Shown piece by piece: positions 30,128-44,574 of a stretch of 64,000 bases of DNA. A program made the position numbers and the translations under genes. Source of the stretch: Eledone cirrhosa (Eukaryota); NCBI GenBank assembly GCA_964016885.1, contig OZ024748.1, forward strand, positions 36,766,001-36,830,000, written 5' to 3'. Numbering within the stretch: the stretch's first letter is position 1; every line of letters begins with the position of its first letter. A model generated the notes under the pieces. The model saw only the letters and a list, made by a program, of their open reading frames with translations, did no database searches and had not been told where the DNA came from.

Positions 30128-30774
30128 TATATGGGTGGAGGTCTTAAACTTAATATACTATATATTATTATACCTAAATATAATTTAATATACATAAATT
30201 ATATAATATATGCATACATGGGGTCGATAAGATAAAGTACCAGTAATGCACTGGGGTCAATTTAATCGACTTCCCCTCCTCCAAAAATTGTTGGCCTAGG
30301 TCTTAGATAAAAAACCATTATTATTATTATTATTAATATCTTTCCCGGAGGACTTTCAGTCCAGGGCCCATGGATAAGTCCCAGAAGTTGTTGGCCTGGA
30401 AGTGCTTCCGAAGAGCTTTGCCAGTTCGAGATAAATTCTACAGCCATGAAAGTACCTCAGCTGAGTTTGTCCAAGATAACCACCACAACAAATGTTATGT
30501 CGAAATATATACTGTAAATGTCATTTTATTAATTTTCCTCTGCTTCTGATTTCGTTACAGTTATTTAGTTGCAGTTAATCTGGGTTCAAAAGAGACTTGT
30601 GCTGATCTGTCATCAATATCTGGCGGGGATGATGCAAAAGCAACATTGGTTCTTGTTACACCTGGTATTACCACAGGCTACAGTGAAGAAGATGTGGTAG
30701 ACACAACCTGCGTGAACCTCAAACCGAACCAAGGTGTCGTTCTCACGTGGAGCTGTGGGTTGTATTTCAAGTAG
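12908..30774 (+). CDS. SLC3A1: Spliced gene, 3' part (7 exons): SLC3A1/rBAT-like heavy chain, GH13 alpha-glucosidase-like; 5' exons not found in window
   Basis: Exons 12908-13033, 13769-13885, 14491-14600, 15989-16184, 21267-21548, 27637-27797, 30561-30774 have AG/GT boundaries and compatible phases (0,0,2,0,0,2). Motifs: [59 protein letters not shown]. Symbol is a family-level assignment; orthology untested. Confidence 0.85.
13319..13645 (-). mobile_element. tRNA-derived SINE with (ATG)n tail
   Basis: Minus strand: A box TGGCTTAGTGG, degenerate B box, CORE-like TCCTTGAGCAAGACACTT. Confidence 0.7.
13769..13885 (+). CDS. SLC3A1-like exon ([39 protein letters not shown])
   Basis: tttcag|AAA...CCA|gtaagt; 117 nt; GH13 beta4 GVDGF motif. 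Confidence 0.92.
14290..14485 (+). mobile_element. SINE with conserved TTCATCCTTNCGGGNTCGATAAAATAAAGTACCAG core and (ATT)n tail
   Basis: B box GAGTTCAAATTCC; the same core recurs near 12450, 13190, 15700-15930, 30220 and 44260. Confidence 0.75.
14491..14600 (+). CDS. SLC3A1-like exon ([37 protein letters not shown])
   Basis: ttttacag|AAT...GGCAG|gtttgt; 110 nt, phase 0 to 2, joins the next exon in frame. Confidence 0.85.
14917..15125 (+). mobile_element. tRNA-derived CORE-like SINE
   Basis: A box TGGCTGAGTGG, B box GTTCGATTCC; close copy at 33648-33860. Confidence 0.8.
15280..15473 (-). mobile_element. Short PLE-type non-autonomous element with 5' inverted duplication and 3' half of an HHR
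   Basis: Inverted arms ~15356-15399 / ~15430-15473; GAAACGGCTTGAGCTCAGCCGTC; homologues at 21750-21825 and 45104-45246. Confidence 0.6.
15650..15950 (-). mobile_element. Two partial SINE copies
   Basis: Two reverse-complement matches to the 14290 SINE core (AAGGATGAAAGGCAAAGTTGA, GGATTTGAAC). Confidence 0.6.
15989..16184 (+). CDS. SLC3A1-like exon ([13 protein letters not shown]...[10 protein letters not shown]...STTWL)
   Basis: tttcag|G...CTG|gtaaca; 196 nt, phase 2 to 0; ends at the W-x that precedes the beta7 LG motif. Confidence 0.88.
16348..21165 (+). mobile_element. Tx1/L1-clade LINE copy 1, 5'-truncated and decayed, intronic
   Basis: ORF1 remnant; APE endonuclease from 17622 (SVNVRGL, GDWN, SDH); RT ([32 protein letters not shown] at ~19541); AATAAA at 21152, then (TATC)n; many stops and frameshifts. 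Confidence 0.93.
21267..21548 (+). CDS. SLC3A1-like exon ([14 protein letters not shown]...[17 protein letters not shown]...RTPMKWD...MNVE)
   Basis: tttcacag|CTT...GAG|gtaagg; 282 nt; GH13 beta8 LPG...YYGDE motif. Confidence 0.93.
21890..23215 (+). mobile_element. Internally deleted PLE with inverted pseudo-LTR
   Basis: 21890-22365 is an inverted copy of parts of 22630-23215; central ORF KVVEKPG...C..C..C..VVYSIRC resembles the Cys-rich segment before a PLE GIY-YIG; CTGACGA-stem II-GAAA at 22996-23023. Confidence 0.7.
24430..25408 (-). mobile_element. 5'-truncated PLE (GIY-YIG end) with fold-back inverted duplication
   Basis: Minus strand [20 protein letters not shown]...FRIFPLYK, homologous to the 46815 ORF; ~25025-25203 is inverted at ~25231-25408. 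Confidence 0.88.
25480..26045 (-). mobile_element. PLE GIY-YIG 3' fragment (family of the 51621 element)
   Basis: YECKV...[16 protein letters not shown]...CNLCRAEK...[13 protein letters not shown], frameshifted. Confidence 0.85.
26270..26700. mobile_element. Palindromic pseudo-LTR-like element with an HHR in each arm
   Basis: Near-perfect inverted repeat 26355-26526 / 26529-26697. Confidence 0.8.
26401..26461 (-). ncRNA. Minimal type I hammerhead ribozyme
   Basis: TATTTTAT-CTGATGA-stem II GTACC/GGTAC-GAAA-TATATA-TA-ATAGAATA. Confidence 0.75.
26839..26908 (-). ncRNA. Minimal type I hammerhead ribozyme
   Basis: Perfect 8-bp stem I TATTTTAT/ATAAAATA; CTGATGA; stem II; GAAA-TGCGTA-TA. Confidence 0.75.
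27637..27797 (+). CDS. SLC3A1-like exon ([27 protein letters not shown]...[12 protein letters not shown])
   Basis: ccgcag|GAA...TG|gtgagt; 161 nt, phase 0 to 2. Confidence 0.9.
27885..28995. repeat. Compound (TA)/(TG) low-complexity microsatellite
   Basis: Alternating purine-pyrimidine tract, interrupted at ~28590-28680. Confidence 0.9.
29301..30095 (-). mobile_element. Retrozyme-like element: 557-bp period, 186-bp terminal redundancy, inverted 5' cap
   Basis: Direct repeat 29301-29486 / 29858-30043; inverted repeat 29779-29834 / 30040-30095; patchy homology to 43163-43718; (TA)n on both sides. Confidence 0.65.
30218..30336 (+). mobile_element. 5'-truncated SINE with (ATT)n tail
   Basis: Matches the 3' half of the 14290 SINE. 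Confidence 0.7.
30561..30774 (+). CDS. SLC3A1-like terminal coding exon (YLVAVNLGS...[18 protein letters not shown])
   Basis: gttacag|T; in-frame TAG at 30772-30774; GH13 domain C pattern; AATAAA at 30825 and 30847. Confidence 0.9.
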
Positions 30775-31123
30775 TAGATATTGTAAGGGTTTTTTTTATG
30801 TGGGAGCGATGACAAAATAATTGGAATAAATACTTGAAATGATTTGAATAAAGAAATGTCAAAATATATACACAGAAAATATACGTCGAAATATATACAC
30901 AGAAAATATATGTCGAAATATATATACAGTAAATATATGTCAAAATATATATACTGTATATATATGTCGAAATATATGTTGAAATATATAGAGAAAATTA
31001 ATGTCGAAAAGGAGATGTAGTACAAAATATAAGAAATAAAGGAAGATATACTATGTTCACTTAGTTGTTGTTTATTTGGTGTTGTAGGTAGTGTGTTTGT
31101 TGTTAACACAAAGATACTATTAA

Positions 31124-31323
31124 NNNNNNNNNNNNNNNNNNNNNNNNNNNNNNNNNNNNNNNNNNNNNNNNNNNNNNNNNNNNNNNNNNNNNNNNNNNNN
31201 NNNNNNNNNNNNNNNNNNNNNNNNNNNNNNNNNNNNNNNNNNNNNNNNNNNNNNNNNNNNNNNNNNNNNNNNNNNNNNNNNNNNNNNNNNNNNNNNNNNN
31301 NNNNNNNNNNNNNNNNNNNNNNN
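31124..31323. other. Assembly gap (200 N)
   Basis: N run. Confidence 1.
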
Positions 31324-31607
31324 GGCATAACATATTGTTAATATGATATCCCCGAAATATATATAATGAAATAAATATGGTTTTATAAATATAGTTTTCC
31401 ATTTATTTAATATTGTAAATATACTCCAAATATTTGTCGAGTGCTTTTATATCAGTTATAAATATTTACTAGTTGTAACCCAACAATTTTAAATATAACT
31501 TTACATGTATATTTTATATATATTTATTATATATATATATATTATATATATATATATATTATATATATACTATATATATATTATATATATATATATTATA
31601 TATATAT

Positions 31608-32095
31608 GTATAAACGTTAGAATATGTGTAATAAGGCCAAGACAATGCAGATATGGACATAGAAAAAGAATGCAATAGTGAGAGATATTGATGAGAATTC
31701 GTCTTTCACCTTGAATTTATTTAAATGTCCTTAATTTTCGAGATAATATCTCTTCTTCGGAGGGAAGTAAAGTCTCAGACCAGCGTCTAAATTTCCAATG
31801 AAGCCATGCTGACCGGAAATAGTATAGTATAGTATACTATTTCCGGTCAGCATGGCTTCATTGGAAATTTAGACGCTGGTCTGAGACTTTTACTTCCCTC
31901 CGAAGAAGAGATATTATCTCGAAAATTAAGGACATTTAAATAAATTCAAGGTGAAAGACGAATTCTCATCAATATCTCTCACTATTGCATTCTTTTTCTA
32001 TGTCCATATCTGCATTGTCTTGGCTTTATTACACATATTCTAACGTTTATACCTCATTACACAATGCTTCAAGTGAACTATAACCTCCTCCATAT
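31608..32095. mobile_element. Palindromic pseudo-LTR-like element (~220-bp arms) with variant HHR
   Basis: 31608-31826 is the reverse complement of ~31833-32052; CCGAAGA-GAGAT/ATCTC-GAAA-AT-TA at 31900-31928; tail homologous to 34285-34380. Confidence 0.75.
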
Positions 32096-32163
32096 ATATG
32101 TATATTATATATATATTATATATATATATATATTATATATATTATATATATATATATATTATA

Positions 32164-32206
<43 letters not shown>

Positions 32207-32214
32207 ATATTATA

Positions 32215-32259
<45 letters not shown>

Positions 32260-32768
32260 ATATTATATATAAATTATATATATATATAAATTATATATAT
32301 ATATATATTATATATTTATATATTATATATATTATATATATATATATATTATATATATATATTATATATTTATATATTATATATATATATATTATATATA
32401 TATATATTATATATATATATATATTATATATTATATACTTATATATTATATATATATATATTATATATTATATATATATATATATTATATGTATATATAT
32501 TATATATATATATTATATATATATATATTTTATATATATATATTATATATATATATATTATATATATATATATTATATATATTTATATATATATATTATA
32601 TATATATTATATATATATTATATATATATATATTATATATATATGTATATTATATATATATTATATATATATATATATTATATATATATTATATATATAT
32701 ATATTATATATATATTATATAAATATATATATATATATATTATATATATATATATTATATATATATTT

Positions 32769-32823
<55 letters not shown>

Positions 32824-32951
32824 ATTATATATATATATATATATTATATATATATATATATATTATATATATATATATATTATATATATATCATATATAT
32901 ATATATATTATATATATATTATATATATATATTATATATATATATATTATA

Positions 32952-32998
<47 letters not shown>

Positions 32999-33004
32999 AT
33001 ATAT

Positions 33005-33036
<32 letters not shown>

Positions 33037-33472
33037 ATATATTATAGATAAATATATATATATATATATTATATATATATATATATATTATATATATATA
33101 TATATTATATATATATATTATATATATATATATATTATATATATATATTATATATATATATATATTATATATATATTATTTATATATATATTATATATAT
33201 ATTATATATATATTATATATATATATTATATATATATATATATATTATATATATATATATATTATATATATTTTCTCTTTTACCTGTTTCAGCCATCCGG
33301 CTGAGGCCATGTTGCGGTCCCGCCCTTATATATATATATTATATATATATATATATTATATATATATTATATATATATATATTATATATATATTATATAT
33401 ATATATATTATATATATATTATATATATATTTTATATATATATATATATTATATATATATTATATAAATATA

Positions 33473-33556
<84 letters not shown>

Positions 33557-33557
33557 C

Positions 33558-33588
<31 letters not shown>

Positions 33589-33647
33589 ATATTATAGATA
33601 TAGATATATATATATATTATATATATATATATATATATTATAGTGAA

Positions 33648-33860
33648 GGCGTGTGGCGGAGTGGTTAGGGTATTGGATTCGCAATCGTAGGGTTGTGAGT
33701 TCGATTCCTGGACCAGGCGATGCGTTATGTCCTTCAGTAAGACACTTTATTTCACGTTGCTCCTTCTACCTGGAGTTGCGACCGATAGATAGTATTAGCA
33801 ATTGGAAAGACCAACGGAAACATTGTTCCCTCGGTCCGATTTAACGATAGTCGATCGAAA
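33648..33860 (+). mobile_element. tRNA-derived CORE-like SINE inside (TA)n
   Basis: Close copy of 14917-15125; A and B boxes. Confidence 0.8.
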
Positions 33861-33864
33861 AAAG

Positions 33865-33895
<31 letters not shown>

Positions 33896-33916
33896 ATATA
33901 TATTATATATATATAT

Positions 33917-33950
<34 letters not shown>

Positions 33951-33995
33951 ATTATATATATATATATATTATATATATATATTATATATATATAT

Positions 33996-34027
<32 letters not shown>

Positions 34028-34088
34028 ATATTATATATATTATATATATATTATATATATATTATATATATATTATATATATATATAT

Positions 34089-34120
<32 letters not shown>

Positions 34121-34154
34121 ATTATATATATATATATTATATATATATATCTAT

Positions 34155-34196
<42 letters not shown>

Positions 34197-34223
34197 ATAT
34201 ATTATATGTATATATATATATAT

Positions 34224-34257
<34 letters not shown>

Positions 34258-34457
34258 ATATATATTATATATATATATATATTTATAACCCTAAACCATT
34301 TGCATTGTCGAGGCTTCCAAACGACTTATAAATATTTACTTATTGTTCCACAATGCTTCAAGCAAACTTCAATACTCTCTTATATATATATATATATATA
34401 TATATATAAGTATGTATGTATACGTACATACATATATGTATACAGACGTACAGTAGC

Positions 34458-34496
<39 letters not shown>

Positions 34497-34649
34497 CATG
34501 AAGGTACACATACATATATGCACGCATCAGTTTAGCAGACGCTTATTATAGCGCTGCTTTGTTCGTTTGTCAACAAACTGAACAGCCTGAATTTATGCCA
34601 TACGGTGTTAAGGCAACCACGTCACCTTCTTGTTCAACACTGACACATG

Positions 34650-34694
34650 AACGATGTACTAGTTTCAAGCTTGTTAGCTATCATCAGCACCGTT
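34650..34694 (-). ncRNA. Minimal type I hammerhead ribozyme
   Basis: AACGGTG-CTGATGA-TAGCTAACAAGCTT-GAAA-CTAG-TA-CATCGTT. Confidence 0.8.
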
Positions 34695-34825
34695 TACCCA
34701 TCTGCCAGATAGTTGAACGTTCGAAAGTATATACTTTCCTTATGAAAATGAACGGCTGAGCAGCCTAATTTGCATATTGAGTGAGTTAAATCGGTCAGGC
34801 ATACCGAAAACGATAAGTTGAAAAA

Positions 34826-34962
<137 letters not shown>

Positions 34963-34998
34963 ATATACATATATATATTATATATATATACATATATA

Positions 34999-35121
<123 letters not shown>

Positions 35122-35279
35122 TATATATATATATATTATATATATATATATCTTATATATATATATATATTATATATATATATATATTATATATATATAT
35201 ATATTATATATATATTATATATATATCTTATATATATATATATTATATATATATATATTATATATATATATATATTATA

Positions 35280-35499
<220 letters not shown>

Positions 35500-35835
35500 A
35501 TATATATATTATATTGATATTATATATATATTATATATATATTATATATGTATTATATATATATATTATATATATATATATTATATATATAATATATATT
35601 ATATATATATTATATATATATATTATATATATATTATATATATATATTATATATATATTATATATATATATTATATATATATTATATATATATATTATAT
35701 ATATACTATATATATATTATATATATATATTATATATATATTATATATATATTATATATATATTATATATATTATATATATATTATATATATATTATATA
35801 TATATTATATATATATTATATATATATTATATATA

Positions 35836-35933
<98 letters not shown>

Positions 35934-36383
35934 ATATATATTATATATATATATATATTATATATATACATTATATATATATATATATTATATATATATA
36001 TTATATATATATATATTATATATATATATATATATTATATATATATATTATATATATATATATTATATATATATATATATTATATATATATATATATATT
36101 ATATATATATATATTATATATATATATATTATATATATATATATTATATATATATATATTATATATATATTATATATATATATTATATATATATTATATA
36201 TATATATATTATATATATATTATATATATATATATTATATATATATTATATCTATCTATATTATATATATATATATTATATATATATATTATATATATAT
36301 ATATATTATATATATATTATATATATATATTATATATATATTATATATATATATATATTATATATATATAATATATATATATA

Positions 36384-36449
<66 letters not shown>

Positions 36450-36506
36450 ATATATTATATATATACTAGATATATATATATATTATATATATATTATATA
36501 TATATA

Positions 36507-36593
<87 letters not shown>

Positions 36594-36603
36594 ATATATA
36601 TAT

Positions 36604-36637
<34 letters not shown>

Positions 36638-36656
36638 ATATATTATATATATATAT

Positions 36657-36688
<32 letters not shown>

Positions 36689-36868
36689 ATATATTATATA
36701 TATATATATATATTATATATATATATATTTATATAATATATATATATAATATATATATATATATAATATATATATATATATATAATATATATATAATATA
36801 TATATATAATATATATATATAATATATATATATATAATATATATATATATAATATATATATATATAAT

Positions 36869-36911
<43 letters not shown>

Positions 36912-36962
36912 TATAATATATATATATATAATATATATATATATAATATATATATATATAAT

Positions 36963-37012
<50 letters not shown>

Positions 37013-37171
37013 ATATATATATTATAAATATATATTATATATATATATATTATATATATATATATTATATATATATATATTATATATATATTATATATAT
37101 ATATTATATATATATTACATATATATATATTATATATTTATTATATATATATAATATATATATTATATATA

Positions 37172-37211
<40 letters not shown>

Positions 37212-37457
37212 TATATATTATATATATATATATATTATATATATATTATATATATATATATATTATATATATATTATGTATATATATATATATATTATAT
37301 ATATATATATATTATATATATATTATATATATATATATTATATATATATTCTATATATATATATATTATATATATATTATATATATATATATTATATATA
37401 TATTATATATATATTATATATATATTTATATTATATATATATATATTATATATATAT

Positions 37458-37491
<34 letters not shown>

Positions 37492-37497
37492 ATATAT

Positions 37498-37559
<62 letters not shown>

Positions 37560-37700
37560 ATATATATTTATATAATATATATATATAATATATATATATA
37601 TATATAATATATATATATATATATAATATATATATATATAATATATATATATAATATATATATATATAATATATATATATATAATATATATATATAGTAT

Positions 37701-37734
<34 letters not shown>

Positions 37735-37781
37735 ATATATATATAATATATATATATATAATATATATATATATATATAAT

Positions 37782-37856
<75 letters not shown>

Positions 37857-38312
37857 ATTATATATATATATATTATATATATATATATATTATATATATA
37901 TATATTATATATATATTATATATATATATTATATATATATTACATATATATATATTATATATATATTATATATATATATTATATATATATTATATATATA
38001 TATATTATATATATATATATATATTATATATATATATATTATATATATATATATATTATATATATATTATATATATATATATATTATATATATATTATAT
38101 ATATATATATATTATATATATATATATATTATATATATATTATATATATATATATTATATATATATTCTATATATATATATATTATATATATATTATATA
38201 TATATATATTATATATATATTATATATATATTATATATATATTTATATTATATATATATATATATTATATATATATTATATATATATATATATATTATAT
38301 ATATATATATAT

Positions 38313-38344
<32 letters not shown>

Positions 38345-38398
38345 ATTGTATATATATATATATATTATATATATATATTATATATATATTATATATAT

Positions 38399-38429
<31 letters not shown>

Positions 38430-38608
38430 ATATATATATATTATATATATATTATATATATATATATATTATATATATATATTATATATATATTATATAT
38501 ATATTATATATATATTTATATATATATATATATATTATATATATAGTATATATATATAATATATATATATATATATTATATATATATATTATATTTATAT
38601 ATATATAT

Positions 38609-38640
<32 letters not shown>

Positions 38641-39054
38641 AATATATATATATATATTATATATATATATGTTATATATATATATATTATATATATTATA
38701 TATATATATATATATTATATATATATATATTCTATATATTATATATATATATATTATATATATTATATATATATATATTATATATATATATATATATTAT
38801 ATATATAAATATATTATATATATTATGTATATATATATTATATATATTATGTATATATATAATATATATATTATGTATATATATATTATGTATTTTATGT
38901 ATATATATATTATGTATATTATGTATATATATATTATGTATATATATATTATATATATTATGTATATATATATTATGTATTTTATGTATATATATATTAT
39001 GTATATTATGTATATATATATTATGTATATTATATATATATATATTATATATAT

Positions 39055-39088
<34 letters not shown>

Positions 39089-39314
39089 ATATTATATATA
39101 TATATATTATATATATTATATATATATATATTATATATATATTATATATATTATATATTATATATATATATATCATATATTATATATATATATATTATAT
39201 ATATTATATATATATATATTATATATATTATATATATATATATTATATATATATATATTATATATATATATATTATATATATATATATTATATATATATA
39301 TTATATATATATAT

Positions 39315-39349
<35 letters not shown>

Positions 39350-39644
39350 ATATATATTATGTATATATATTATATATATATATTATATATATTATATACA
39401 TATTATATATATTATATATATTATATATATATTATATATATTATATATATATTATTTATATTATATATATATTATATATATTATATATATATTATATATA
39501 TTATATATATATTATATATATATTATATATATTATATATATTATATATATTATATATATATTATATATATATATATATATTTTATATATATATATTATAT
39601 ATATATATTATATATATATATATATATTATATATATATATATTT

Positions 39645-39675
<31 letters not shown>

Positions 39676-40075
39676 ATATATATTATATATATATATATTA
39701 TATATATATATATATTATATATATATATATTTTATATATATATATATATTATATATATATCATATATATTTTATATATATTATATATATTTTATATATAT
39801 ATTATATATATTTTATATATTATATATATTTTATTTATATATATTATATATATATATTATATATATATATATTATATATATATATATATATTATATATAT
39901 ATATATTATATATATATTATATATATATATATATTATATATTTATATATTATATATATATATATTATATATATATATATTATATATATATATATTATATT
40001 ATATATATTATGTATATATATATATTATATATATATATTATATATATTTATATAATATATATATATAATATATAT

Positions 40076-40107
<32 letters not shown>

Positions 40108-40631
40108 ATATATATATATATAATATATATATATAATATATATATATATAATATATATATATATAATATATATATATATAATATATATATATATAATATA
40201 TATATATATAATATATATATATAATATATATATATTATATATATATATATATAATATATATATAATATATATATATATAATATATATATATATAATATAT
40301 ATATATATAATATATATATATAATATATATATATATATATTATATATATATATATATTATATATATATATTATATATATATATATTATATATATATATAT
40401 TATATATATATATATATTATATATATATATATTATATATATATTATATATATATATATATTATATATATATTATATATATATATATTATATATATATTAT
40501 ATATATATATATATTATATATATATTATATATATATATATTATATATATATATTATATATTATATATATATATATTATATATATATATATATTATATATA
40601 TATTATATATATATATATATTATATATATAT

Positions 40632-40663
<32 letters not shown>

Positions 40664-40814
40664 ATATTATATATATATTATATATATATATATTATATAT
40701 ATATTACATATATATATATATTATATATATATTATATATATATATATTATATATATATTATATATATATTATATATATATTTATATTATATATATATATA
40801 TATTATATATATAT

Positions 40815-40928
<114 letters not shown>

Positions 40929-40934
40929 ATATAT

Positions 40935-40966
<32 letters not shown>

Positions 40967-42360
40967 ATTATATATATATATATTATATATATATATTATA
41001 TATATATATATATTATATATATATTATATATATATATTATATATATATTATATATATATATATATTATATATATATATTATATATATATTATATATATAT
41101 TATATATATATATATTATATATATTATATATATATATTATATATATATATATTATATATATTATATATTATATATATATATATCATATATTATATATATA
41201 TATATATTATATATATTATATATATATATATTATATATATTATATATATAAATATTATATATATTATATATATATATGTTATATATATATATTATATATA
41301 TTATATATATATTATATATATATATATTATATATATTATATATATTATATATTATATATATATATATCATATATTATATATATATATATTATATATATTA
41401 TATATATATATTATGTATATTATATATATATATATTATATATATTATATATATATATATTATATATATTATATATATATATATTATATATATATATATAT
41501 TATATATATTATATATATATATATTATATATATATATATTATATATATTATATATTATATATATATATATCATATATTATATATATATATATTATATATA
41601 TTATATATACATATATTATATATATTATATATATATATATTATATATATATATATATTATATATATATATATTATATATATATATATTATATATATATAT
41701 TATATATATATATACTATATATATTATATATATATTATATATATTATGTATATATATATTATATATATATATATTATATATATTATATATATATTATATA
41801 TATTATATATATTATATATATATTATATATATTATATATATATTATATATATTATATATATATTATATATATTATATATATATTATATATATTATATATA
41901 TATTATATATATATTATATATATTATATATATTATATATATTATATATATATTATATATATATATATATATTTTATATATATATATATATATTATATATA
42001 TATATTATATATATATATATATATTATATATATATATATTTTATATATATATATATATTATATATATATTATATATATTATATATATATATTATATATAT
42101 ATATATATATTATATATATATATATTTTATATATATATATATATTATATATATATCATATATATTTTATATATATTATATATATTTTATATATATATTAT
42201 ATATATTTTATATATATTTTATATATATATTATATATGTATTATATATTTTATATATATTTTATATATATATTATATATATTTTATATATTATATATATT
42301 TTATTTATATATATTATATATATATATTATATATATATATATTATATATATTATCTATAT

Positions 42361-42392
<32 letters not shown>

Positions 42393-43162
42393 ATATATTA
42401 TATATATATATATATATTATATATATATATATTATATATATATTATATATATATATATATTATATATTTATATATTATATATATATATATTATATATATA
42501 TATTATATATATATATATTATATATATATATATTATATATATATATATAATATATATATATATATTATATATTTATATATTATATATATTATATATATAT
42601 ATATATTATATATATATATATTATATATTTATATATTATATATATATATATTATATATATATATATATATTATATATTATATATTTATATATTATATATA
42701 TATATATTATATATTAATATATATTTATTATATAATATATTATATATATATATTATATATATATATATTTTATATATATATATTATATATATATATATTA
42801 TATATATATATTATATATATATTATATATATATTATATATATATATTATATATATTATATATATATATATATTATATATATATATATTATATATATATAT
42901 TATATATATTATATATATATATATATAAAACAAGGACGAATGGTTACTCCTTCATTACGTTTATTGGTTGGTGACGCACGTTTCGCTGTTGATCTAGCCC
43001 GACCGACTCTGTATTCAATGGTTCGTCGGACCTCTGTGGTAGTAATGACAGAATGTCTAGCTCTACACCTTGTTACCGACGTGAACCTAAACATCGAGTG
43101 CTCACCCGGGTGAACCTACAGTAAGTCTGCGTTACACTCCCTGGATGTAGATATATATATAT

Positions 43163-43718
43163 AGCTATTTAATTGTAAGAGACTACTCTGAGTTTCTAAC
43201 TCACTATATATTTGTCGGCTCCATCATTTACAGCTAATTTTAATGTCTTGTTAACCAGGCTGCTATTTTTAGCGGCATAGGATTTCGAGACAAGCTTGGT
43301 TCCGAAGACACGTGCGATAATTCTTATCGTAGACTATTCAGTCTTCTAATATTTTTAGAAGTGAAAGGATCGCTAATTCCTCAACAACTACTGAGGAGCA
43401 GAGAAAAGTGTTGATTTCACTTAATAAGATGTTGCGAAACAGTTTCCAAAACTGTCTAGTTGTTACCAGGTGTTTGCCCGATATAGGTCTGTTATTTTTC
43501 TTAATTTACTACTTAAAATTAAGTCTGACAAACCATATTGCTGTAGTTAGTATTTCTTCACCCTAGCAAATCTAGTCCTTACGATTCGAACACATGTATG
43601 TTTATATTAGTGTTCATCTCTCTTGTTTATTCAATTATATTACACGGCTCGGAAAAGCTTATTTCTTAGAGCTATTTAATTGTAAGAGACTACTCTGAGT
43701 TTCTAACTCACTATATAT
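43163..43718 (+). mobile_element. Retrozyme-like non-autonomous element: 507-bp unit plus ~49-bp terminal direct repeat, in (TA)n
   Basis: Identical repeats 43163-43211 and 43670-43718; internal canonical HHR; no ORF. Confidence 0.75.
43383..43464 (+). ncRNA. Canonical type I hammerhead ribozyme
   Basis: Stem I AACAACTA/TAGTTGTT; CTGAGGA; stem II GCA...TGC; GAAA; stem III CAGTTT-CCA-AAACTG; GTC cleavage after 43456. Confidence 0.88.
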
Positions 43719-44174
43719 ATATATATATTCTTCTTCGTGGGGGCAGAATCCTCAAACACTCCTTCCAGCGGGTCCTATCAGAAGCAACCGTCTCCAACTG
43801 ATCCAGCTGGATCCCCAAGCGTTACAAGTCAAGCTTGTTGGTTCAACACGGGGCTAGGGGGCTGAGAAGGGAGCTTCTATGTGGTTGTCTTACCCGTTAA
43901 AAATATAAGTCAACATACTCGTAAATTGTATTGTGGTAAGCTGCATATTCCCAAAAAGTCATGAAGGTTATGGATGAAATGCTTTTAATTATTCAACATG
44001 AAATTTTATTACATTTTGCAAATGTAGGTAATTATGTTACTGAAAGTTTCAACTTACCATCGAGGAAGTAATACGAAAATAAAAGTTTTGCTTCACAATT
44101 ACGAGTAGTCGTCAGATCATATAAAGGCTTCTTGACGTGGTCCAAGAAATCTGCAAAATAACAAAACTCCGATA

Positions 44175-44392
44175 ATAATTGTTTCTACTTTAGACAGTTA
44201 AATAATTGTTTCTACTTTAGACGATTAAATAATTGTTTCTACTTTAGACGATTAAATCGACCCTAGTGCATTACTGGTACTTTACTTTATCGACCCCGTA
44301 AGGATGAAAGGCAAAGTTAACCACGGACCGTAAAGGGCCGTAATTCTATGTTGCAAAGCATGGCGTCCGACGCTCTATTAACACTGCCAATC
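44175..44392 (-). mobile_element. SINE with triplicated 3' segment
   Basis: Reverse complement of the 14290 SINE; AATAATTGTTTCTACTTTAGAC x3. Confidence 0.7.
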
Positions 44393-44574
44393 CACAAACA
44401 CAATCCCGATAATAATAATAGCTTTACATACACAAATACACAATACATATATATATATTTGAGTATATGTTTGTTGGTTACCGACACTTCAGTATGCAGG
44501 GTAGAGCACTCAACGAAGTACGCAGGTGGGTCTGTTTAATCCGGAGTAATTTAAAAAAAGAAATGTAAGTCAAT

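Noticed and set aside
30678-31402. ORFs containing X runs
   Set aside because: They span the N gap
42930-43140. Minus-strand GAAACGTGCGTC half-HHR
   Set aside because: No CTGANGA upstream; unassignable fragment
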